Assembly: GCA_050304475.1 (NCBI GenBank) | Contig: JBNLDQ010000009.1 | Coordinates: 236,360 to 300,359, forward strand | From: Turneriellaceae bacterium | GTDB taxonomy: Bacteria; Spirochaetota; Leptospiria; Turneriellales; JAOUFE01 | Length of the DNA stretch: 64,000 bases | Reading direction: 5' to 3' | Part shown: positions 57,301-64,000 of the stretch, in pieces | Layout: each line of letters opens with the position of its first letter | Position numbering within the stretch: the first letter of the stretch is position 1 | Notes under the pieces: model-generated | What the model was told of the DNA's origin: nothing | What the model saw: only the letters and a program-made list of their open reading frames with translations | Databases searched by the model: none | Position numbers and translations under genes: made by a program

Positions 57301-58827
57301 ATGGGTCTACAATCGCGCGCTTCAAAGACGGGCAAAAATAACGTTTCCGCAAAAAATACGGTTTCAGGCAAGACAGCTCATGCAAAGCCGGCAAGCGAAA
57401 GTCCGGCAATGGGTTATATGCCGGATCTCCAGCGGACCATTGGCAACCAAGCCATGGGGCGCTTGTTGCAATCGGGCGTTTTGCAAACGAAATTGAAGAT
57501 AGGACCGGCCAATGACAAATATGAACAAGAAGCGGATCGCATTGCCGATCGTGTGGTTTCAATAAGCGATTCGGCAATTGGCCCGGAGCCCCGGGCAGGC
57601 AAACCTTCGATAGGCAACCCGGCGAGCCAAATCGCCCGTACCCCTTTGGTTCATTCAATAATGTCTTTGCAACGCACCTGCGCCAGTTGTCAAAAAGAAT
57701 ACAATCAAGCAAGCCTTCAAAGAAGACCTGTAGTTGCCGGGAACCTCTGCCCAACCTGCCGTTCTACCGGCTCGCAATTCATACAGCAAAAACAAAATAA
57801 TCTACAAAGAAAAGAAAACCCGGTTGCGCCATCGATTGAAACATCCATAGATTCGGCCAGAGGCCAAGGCCGCCCGCTTTCTGCCGGCGAGCGCTCTTAT
57901 TTTGAACCCCGTTTCGGAGCGGATTTTGGCGGCGTAAAAGTTCACACCGACTCTCGCGCCGAACACTTATCGCGCTCTGTAAACGCCAGGGCTTTTACGG
58001 TAGGCAGCGATATCTTTTTTGGCGCCGGCCAATATTCGCCCCACACCGGCGATGGCAAAAGGCTCATGGCGCATGAGCTGACTCATACCGTGCAACAGGG
58101 GGGCGCCCCGGCAATCGCGCGCAAACCGGCGGGTAAAGTAAGGCCCGGCAAGATCAGCCAACTGCTGCAATTGTCCCGCCTGCGCGATTACCGATCAAGG
58201 CCTCAAGCGACGCTATCTGATAATGTATTCGTTGATACCAATGAGTACAAAGCCTATAGAAATACAAACCTGGTCTGGCAAACCAGTTTAGGGGTGTCCG
58301 AGAATGAAGCGCTATACGCCACAAGATTAATACTGCATCATTTAAACCAGGGACGCAAAGTAAACTGGAGAATGCGCGCCCGATATTATGCTCTAAAAGC
58401 AAGAGAGGTTTTAAGCCAGCCCAGACCCGAATGTCCGGTGGGAACGGCCGGAGCGCCGCAATTGAGAAACCCCCACATCGCCAGCGGCTCGCTTTGCCGG
58501 GGGGCGTGCGGAGCCGACTGCGAACCCAACAATTGCGCCGAAGAAAGCGATATCACGGTAAACCACCCGAGCGATACAGGAGAACACTATTACGTTTGCA
58601 ACTACCCAAATGTAGTAAACTGCGGGTCTCACCAGGGCTGTCGAGAACATGATGCCTGTTACGACAGGGTTACCAGCGCATGGGGACGCAGAGGATGCGA
58701 TATGGACTGCATATCGGACTACAGCTTGAGCGAATGCAATAGCTGGCGTACTGGCGGCGGACCTTTTGACTCGCACATTAAATTTTCCGATCCGGGTGTG
58801 ATTATCAGAGGCCCGATTCCAAAATAA
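57301..58827 (+). CDS. DUF4157 (eCIS core) domain protein with Cys-rich, sPLA2-like C-terminal domain
   Basis: LQRTIGNQA, LQTKLKIG..ND.YEQEAD, FEPRFGADF..V.VHT, ARAFTVG and LMAHELTHTVQQ; C-terminal GCREHDACYD. Confidence 0.85.
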   Translation: MGLQSRASKTGKNNVSAKNTVSGKTAHAKPASESPAMGYMPDLQRTIGNQAMGRLLQSGVLQTKLKIGPANDKYEQEADRIADRVVSISDSAIGPEPRAGKPSIGNPASQIARTPLVHSIMSLQRTCASCQKEYNQASLQRRPVVAGNLCPTCRSTGSQFIQQKQNNLQRKENPVAPSIETSIDSARGQGRPLSAGERSYFEPRFGADFGGVKVHTDSRAEHLSRSVNARAFTVGSDIFFGAGQYSPHTGDGKRLMAHELTHTVQQGGAPAIARKPAGKVRPGKISQLLQLSRLRDYRSRPQATLSDNVFVDTNEYKAYRNTNLVWQTSLGVSENEALYATRLILHHLNQGRKVNWRMRARYYALKAREVLSQPRPECPVGTAGAPQLRNPHIASGSLCRGACGADCEPNNCAEESDITVNHPSDTGEHYYVCNYPNVVNCGSHQGCREHDACYDRVTSAWGRRGCDMDCISDYSLSECNSWRTGGGPFDSHIKFSDPGVIIRGPIPK

Positions 58828-58840
58828 GGCTCGAAAACGC

Positions 58841-58872
58841 AAAAAAGCAAACTAACGTCAGTTTGTTTTTTT
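58841..58872 (+). terminator. Putative intrinsic terminator after the DUF4157 gene
   Basis: AAAAAAGCAAACT-aacgtc-AGTTTGTTTTTTT hairpin with a T tract. Confidence 0.5.
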
Positions 58873-58938
58873 ATTGCAGCCGAAGAAATGGAATCATCCT
58901 AAAAATATAACATTCACGAAATAAAAACTTTGTTATTG

Positions 58939-58966
58939 TTGCCTGGCGACGCTCGGTTGTTATACT
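58939..58966 (+). promoter_or_regulatory. Putative sigma70 promoter of mdh
   Basis: TTGCCT-N16-TATACT with a TG extension; AAGGAGG RBS at 58977-58983. Confidence 0.45.
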
Positions 58967-58988
58967 ATATATTCGTAAGGAGGATGGT

Positions 58989-59909
58989 ATGAAAATTTCA
59001 ATAGTCGGAGCGGGCAATGTCGGAGCCACCGTCGCCAACATATGCGCGTCTCAAAAACTGGGCGAAGTCGTTTTAATCGATGTGGTGGAAGGTCTTGCCG
59101 AAGGCAAAGCTCTCGATATTGCGGAATCTTCGCCCCTGCAACATTTCGATCTCAACATCAAGGGCGGTACCGACTATCAAATTACCGAGAACTCGGACAT
59201 TGTCGTTCTCTGTTCCGGCATGCCGCGCACACCGGGAATGACCAGAGAAGACCTGCGCGATACCAATGCCGAAATTATTAAAGAAGTATCCGAAAAAATG
59301 ATTCAACGCTCCCCCGGCATGTTTTTAATTGTAGTGACCAACCCGTTAGACACAATGACCTGGGTCGCTAAAAAATACACCGGGCTGCCCAAACAGAAAA
59401 TTGTCGGCATGGCAGGGGTTCTGGACTCTACCCGCCTTCGAACCTTTGTCGCGATGGAGCTCAACGTAAGCCCTGTCGATGTCAGTGCCATGGTGCTTGG
59501 CCTTCATGGCCCGCATATGGTTCCGTTGCCGCGTTACACTACCGTATCGGGAATCCCCATCACGCAACTTCTGGATGAAGAGGCCATTGAACGCCTGTCA
59601 AACCGAACCAGAAAGGGCGGAACCGAAATTGTAGAACTTCTAAAAAGAGGGAGCGCGTTTTATGCGCCGGGCGCGTCTATTGCCTATATGGTCGAAGCGA
59701 TTGTCAAAAACAGCCGTAGAATCGTTCCGGCGGCGGCATGGCTTGAAGGAGAGTATGGGCTCCAGGATATTTTCATGGGCGTACCGGTTTTAATCGGTTC
59801 GCAGGGAGTTGAAAAAATCATTGAACTTGAATTGAAAGAAAGCGAACTGGAATCGCTTCGCGCCAGCGCAACCGAAATAAAAAACTCGGTCGCCATGCTG
59901 AAAGTGTAG
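58989..59909 (+). CDS. mdh: Malate dehydrogenase (LDH-like)
   Basis: GAGNVG, PRTPGMTREDL (Arg for malate), VTNPLD, AGVLDS.R and GSAFYAP. Confidence 0.93.
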   Translation: MKISIVGAGNVGATVANICASQKLGEVVLIDVVEGLAEGKALDIAESSPLQHFDLNIKGGTDYQITENSDIVVLCSGMPRTPGMTREDLRDTNAEIIKEVSEKMIQRSPGMFLIVVTNPLDTMTWVAKKYTGLPKQKIVGMAGVLDSTRLRTFVAMELNVSPVDVSAMVLGLHGPHMVPLPRYTTVSGIPITQLLDEEAIERLSNRTRKGGTEIVELLKRGSAFYAPGASIAYMVEAIVKNSRRIVPAAAWLEGEYGLQDIFMGVPVLIGSQGVEKIIELELKESELESLRASATEIKNSVAMLKV

Positions 59910-60305
59910 ACAATTTTATACGCTATGCATTGACAGGTCAAGCCTGTTCGTACCACTGCGGCGTAGCCTCCTTCTAAAAAAGTCAAGCCGGATAAAAGTC
60001 GCCGGCCAAATTTAAAAAAATTCCGTTTTTGAAAAGCGCCGGTTTTTTTAATGATTGCGCGCAAAAAAACCGAAAACAAGTCTATTGCATTTAAAAAACT
60101 CTTTTGTCTTGTTTTGTCGTTTGAAATATGTCACCGGAGGCGGAGGCGGTAGCGGGCGGGTATATAGGGCCCTGTTATATACCTGAATAAAAGACATTTC
60201 CGACCAAGGGGTATAATTTCCTTGCCAAAGCATACAAAAAAAAATCGTTGGTTTGAACAATTGGTTTGCGAACTACGCAAATAAACAGTTCTAAGGAAGG
60301 ACATA

Positions 60306-61649
60306 ATGAAAGTTGGTGTTCCAAAGGAAAGATTCAAAAATGAAACGAAAGTAGCTCTGATCCCCGAGTCGGTAAAAAAACTGACTGAAAAGGGCTTTAC
60401 AGTATTCGTAGAGAAGGGGGCAGGCGAAGCGGCGTTTTATCCCGATGAAGAATATAAAAAGGCCGGCGCGAAAATCACTGATTATAAGAAAATGGCGGCA
60501 AGCGTCGATATCCTGGTTAAGGTACGCCCGCCGGTTCAGTTCGGCAGCAAAAACGAAGCCGCTTATTTGAAAAAAGGCGCTTTTCTTTTTTGCATGCAAG
60601 ACCCGATCAATAACAAAAGCAATCTAAGTCTATATCAAAAACTCGGCCTTACTACATACGCCCTTGAGTTTATCCCCCGTTCGTCGCTTGCTCAATCGAT
60701 GGACGTTCTTAGCTCTCTGGGTTCACTCGCCGGGTATAAGTCCGTTCTTCTGGCCGCCAATGAGCTGACCAAAATTTTACCTATGATGATGACGGCTGCC
60801 GGGACAATCACCGCAGCCAAGGTTCTTATCATTGGCGCAGGCGTTGCCGGCTTACAAGCCATTGCAACCGCAAAACGAATGGGAGCTGTGGTCGAAGCGT
60901 TTGACCTTCGTCCTGCCGTAAAAGAAGAAGTTCAAAGTCTGGGAGGTAAGTTTATCGATATGCCGCTTACCGAAGAGATGCAAGACGAGCAGGGATACGC
61001 GAAAATGGCGAGTAAAGAATTCATTAAAATGGAAATGGAGCTGATCAACAAACATATCAGCAAATCGGATATCTGTATCACGACCGCCCAGGTATTCGGA
61101 CGCAAAGCTCCGATCCTGGTCAAAGACTACATGGTAAAAAACATGAGACCGGGCTCAGTCGTTATTGACCTTGCCGCCGAGCAGGGAGGAAACTGCGAGC
61201 TGACAAAATCCGGTAAAACCGTGGATGTAAACGGCGTGAAAGTAATTGGCGTTGAAAATATCACAGCCTTGATCCCGCAGGTTGCCAGCCGCAGCTTCAG
61301 TAAAAATGTTGAAAATTTACTCTTGTATATGGTACAAGACGGCAAGATTGAAGTGGAAAAAGAAGACGATATTTTTCAGCGTACCTTGCTGACCAAAGAT
61401 GGCGAAATGGTTTCCGAAATTATGAAAAATTTCAGCAAACCGGCGGCATCGGAAAAACCCACCGCTGCCAAACCCGCTAAAAAGGCGGGGGCGCCCAAGG
61501 CTGGAAAAACTGCCGGGAAAAAGGCAACGGCAAAAGCTGCAAAGCCAAAAGCCGCGAAACCTAAAGCTGCGAAAAGCGCGGCAGCGCCTAAAAAAGCGGG
61601 CGCAAAAACAGCGGGACGAGCGAAAAAGCCGTCTACCGGTAAGAAGTAA
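60306..61649 (+). CDS. pntA: NAD(P) transhydrogenase subunit alpha part 1, with Lys/Ala/Pro-rich C-terminal tail
   Basis: GVPKE, AQSMDVLSS, PMMMTAAGT, GAGVAGLQAIATAKRMGA, GYAK and DLAAEQGGNC. Confidence 0.93.
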   Translation: MKVGVPKERFKNETKVALIPESVKKLTEKGFTVFVEKGAGEAAFYPDEEYKKAGAKITDYKKMAASVDILVKVRPPVQFGSKNEAAYLKKGAFLFCMQDPINNKSNLSLYQKLGLTTYALEFIPRSSLAQSMDVLSSLGSLAGYKSVLLAANELTKILPMMMTAAGTITAAKVLIIGAGVAGLQAIATAKRMGAVVEAFDLRPAVKEEVQSLGGKFIDMPLTEEMQDEQGYAKMASKEFIKMEMELINKHISKSDICITTAQVFGRKAPILVKDYMVKNMRPGSVVIDLAAEQGGNCELTKSGKTVDVNGVKVIGVENITALIPQVASRSFSKNVENLLLYMVQDGKIEVEKEDDIFQRTLLTKDGEMVSEIMKNFSKPAASEKPTAAKPAKKAGAPKAGKTAGKKATAKAAKPKAAKPKAAKSAAAPKKAGAKTAGRAKKPSTGKK

Positions 61650-61664
61650 TTCGGAGGGATTCAA

Positions 61665-61961
61665 ATGGAAGCATCTTCAATAATGATGGTAATGTATGTT
61701 TTTATACTCGCAATTTTTGTCGGGTTCGAGCTCATCTCCAAGGTTCCCCCTACTTTGCATACCCCCCTCATGTCGGGTTCAAATGCAATTTCGGGAATCA
61801 CGGTTTTGGGAGCGCTGGTTGTCGCTGGAAAGCATGACAACTGGGGCGAATTAACGGCAATCATCGGCTTTCTGGCCGTTTTGTTTGCAACAATCAACGT
61901 ATTCGGGGGTTATTTTGTAACCGACCGTATGCTTGAGATGTTCAAATCGAAAAAGAAGTAG
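61665..61961 (+). CDS. pntAB: NAD(P) transhydrogenase subunit alpha part 2
   Basis: VPPTLHTPLMSGSNAISG and INVFGGYFVTDRML. Confidence 0.93.
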   Translation: MEASSIMMVMYVFILAIFVGFELISKVPPTLHTPLMSGSNAISGITVLGALVVAGKHDNWGELTAIIGFLAVLFATINVFGGYFVTDRMLEMFKSKKK

Positions 61962-61983
61962 TACGGGTTCAGGTAGGTAAATC

Positions 61984-63447
61984 ATGAATATAGGTGAAAT
62001 ATTATCCTCTGACTGGTTCCGAGATGTTATTTATCTCATATCGGTTATCTTTTTTATTTTAGGGTTAAAGCGGCTTAGTTCGCCCAGAACGGCCCGCAGC
62101 GGGAACATCATGTCGTCTTTTGGCATGTTCCTTGCTATTCTCATTACTTTGGGCGCGAAAGAAATTATCAGCTACGAGATCATTGCTATCGGCATTATCA
62201 TAGGCGCTATCATTGGCGTGGTTATGGCAAAAAAGGTGGAAATGACCTCAATGCCGGAGATGGTTGCTCTTTTTAACGGCTTCGGCGGGATCGCTTCCGC
62301 CCTGGTCGCTTTTGCGGAATACTACGATCAAACCGAGCCCTTGAAAGAGACGCTATTATCGACAATGGAATTTTCCGGGAACGCCGCATCGGCCGGTTTT
62401 GAAGGGAACCTGGTTGTCTATATCACTCTCATTCTTTCGGTACTGGTGGGCTTGGTGACCTTCACGGGCAGTTTCATTGCCTTCGCTAAACTGGCGGAGT
62501 TGATGAACACGAAACCGATTTTATTCCCCGGGCAGCAAATTCTCAATGCGGCATTCTTTATCGGAACGGTTGTACTGAGCGTAATGCTTTACCAGGATCC
62601 CGCGCATGAAACTTACTTCTGGGGAGTAGCCGGAATTTCTTTTATTTTGGGCATCACGCTAACTATTCCCATCGGCGGGGCGGATATGCCGGTTGTTGTT
62701 TCGCTATTGAACTCTTACTCCGGAATTGCCGTGTCAATGACAGGCTTTGTCCTGGGAAATAACGCTCTGGTTATTGTCGGTTCGCTTGTTGGCGCCTCCG
62801 GTATTATTCTAACCATGATCATGTGTAAAGCGATGAACCGCTCTCTGGCCAATGTAATTTTTGGCGGGTTTGGGGCCGAAGCTTCGGGCGGCGATGAAAG
62901 CGGACCGCAAGGTACGGTAAGAAGCATGTCTCCGGAAGAAGCCGGCATGATGCTAGACATGGCCGAATCGGTCATCATCGTTCCCGGTTACGGGATGGCT
63001 GTTTCGCAAGCGCAACACGCGGTGAAAGAGTTAACCGACCTGTTGGATCGCCGCGGGATCGACGTTAAGTTTGCCATTCACCCGGTAGCGGGACGTATGC
63101 CCGGCCATATGAACGTATTGCTTGCCGAAGCGGGTATTGATTATGAAAAACTGTACGACATGGAAATCAACAACCACTTTCCCCATGCCGATGTGGCTAT
63201 TGTCATTGGGGCAAACGATGTGGTTAACCCTGCGGCAAAAACAAACAAAAGCAGCCCGATTTACGGGATGCCGGTTTTAAATGTCGAAGAAGCGCGGCAA
63301 GTTTTTGTATTGAAAAGATCAATGAAACCCGGTTTTGCCGGCATTGAAAACGAACTTTTCTTCAAAGAAAATACCACCATGGTATTTGGCGACGCCAAAA
63401 AGACCATTGAAGGTTTTACCATAGCTCTCGAAGAGTTAGGTGAGTAA
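61984..63447 (+). CDS. pntB: NAD(P) transhydrogenase subunit beta
   Basis: MTSMPEMVALFNGFGG, IGGADMPVV, LNSYSG, PGYGMAV, IHPVAGRMPGHMNVLLAEA and GANDVVNPAA. Confidence 0.96.
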   Translation: MNIGEILSSDWFRDVIYLISVIFFILGLKRLSSPRTARSGNIMSSFGMFLAILITLGAKEIISYEIIAIGIIIGAIIGVVMAKKVEMTSMPEMVALFNGFGGIASALVAFAEYYDQTEPLKETLLSTMEFSGNAASAGFEGNLVVYITLILSVLVGLVTFTGSFIAFAKLAELMNTKPILFPGQQILNAAFFIGTVVLSVMLYQDPAHETYFWGVAGISFILGITLTIPIGGADMPVVVSLLNSYSGIAVSMTGFVLGNNALVIVGSLVGASGIILTMIMCKAMNRSLANVIFGGFGAEASGGDESGPQGTVRSMSPEEAGMMLDMAESVIIVPGYGMAVSQAQHAVKELTDLLDRRGIDVKFAIHPVAGRMPGHMNVLLAEAGIDYEKLYDMEINNHFPHADVAIVIGANDVVNPAAKTNKSSPIYGMPVLNVEEARQVFVLKRSMKPGFAGIENELFFKENTTMVFGDAKKTIEGFTIALEELGE

Positions 63448-63453
63448 AACCGT

Positions 63454-64000
63454 TTAATATACCGGGGCTCCGTGATCGACGAGATATTTCAAGGTTTCTT
63501 GAAGTATCTTTTGGCTGCGGGGTCCCTGGTATACCCCTGAATACACCAATCCGTTAAAAGCTACGCCCACCAATAAATGACCGTCCGTGGTCTGGAGTAC
63601 ATGCGTAACCATTGCATGAAATCGCAAACCAGCCTGGTATCGAAACAGCAAATCAAAAGTAAACTCGCGGCGTTGCATGATATACTCTTTTAATTCTTCA
63701 TTGGTAACCTTCATCAATACGCCATGCTCCGAAATGTTCCAAATTTCTTCTTTCTCGTTAATCAGCACGGTATTTGCATCCATAATCCTTTCAATGATCT
63801 TTGTCTCCCATTCACCTAAAGATTCATACAAGGACTCGTTTAAGATCTCGCTGTTCGATCGTATGCTGAAGTAACCCACCGGGAACCGTTCACCCGAAAG
63901 GTTCAGATAAAAGATGGGACGTACCAACCAACTTTGCGCCCCGTCGGCCCTAAGTTCATCTAAAACAGTGTCATATTCTGACCCAAGACCTTCGTTGAGA
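63454..64000 (-). CDS. DUF1577-like / PilZ-like protein (5'-partial, runs off window end)
   Basis: The frame is open to the window end; PIFYLN...FPVGYFSIRS and the NISxxG PilZ-like motif resemble leptospiral DUF1577. Confidence 0.6.
   Translation of the reverse strand, partial: LNEGLGSEYDTVLDELRADGAQSWLVRPIFYLNLSGERFPVGYFSIRSNSEILNESLYESLGEWETKIIERIMDANTVLINEKEEIWNISEHGVLMKVTNEELKEYIMQRREFTFDLLFRYQAGLRFHAMVTHVLQTTDGHLLVGVAFNGLVYSGVYQGPRSQKILQETLKYLVDHGAPVY

Noticed and set aside
60134-60160. G-rich GGAGGC tandem upstream of pntA
   Set aside because: Only two to three imperfect units, with no convincing match to the repeat family or a known riboswitch.

Overview
A gene-dense bacterial chromosomal window (GC roughly mid-40s by eye, not computed), most likely from a Leptospirales-like spirochaete. 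That assignment is an inference from DUF1577-like, DUF1318-like and DUF1564-like proteins and spirochaete-style lipoprotein signals. It holds about 50 CDS. Housekeeping genes include ald, ileS, rnhA, dinG, lipB, ppa, xth, crcB, cobO, kdsC, mdh and pntAA/AB/B. There are also envelope proteins and many cyclic-nucleotide signalling genes. I found no rRNA, tRNA, CRISPR array, transposase or integrase. The best candidate for a new system is a two-gene unit at 9885-15237. It couples an expanded, Cys-rich Cache-domain pentameric ligand-gated ion channel to a protein fusing a cNMP-binding domain, a degenerate PlsC-like acyltransferase and a Zn-dependent phospholipase C/P1-nuclease-like domain. Other points of interest are a dispersed, modular family of structured intergenic repeats (at least 6 copies of a G/C hairpin core), an orphan DUF4157 (eCIS-type) protein with an sPLA2-like HDxCY C-terminus next to a four-way-junction DNA/RNA structure, a CIRCE operator at hsp20, an orphan Panacea gene, and a transhydrogenase subunit with a histone-like tail. 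All family calls come from motif recognition by eye; no database search was run.
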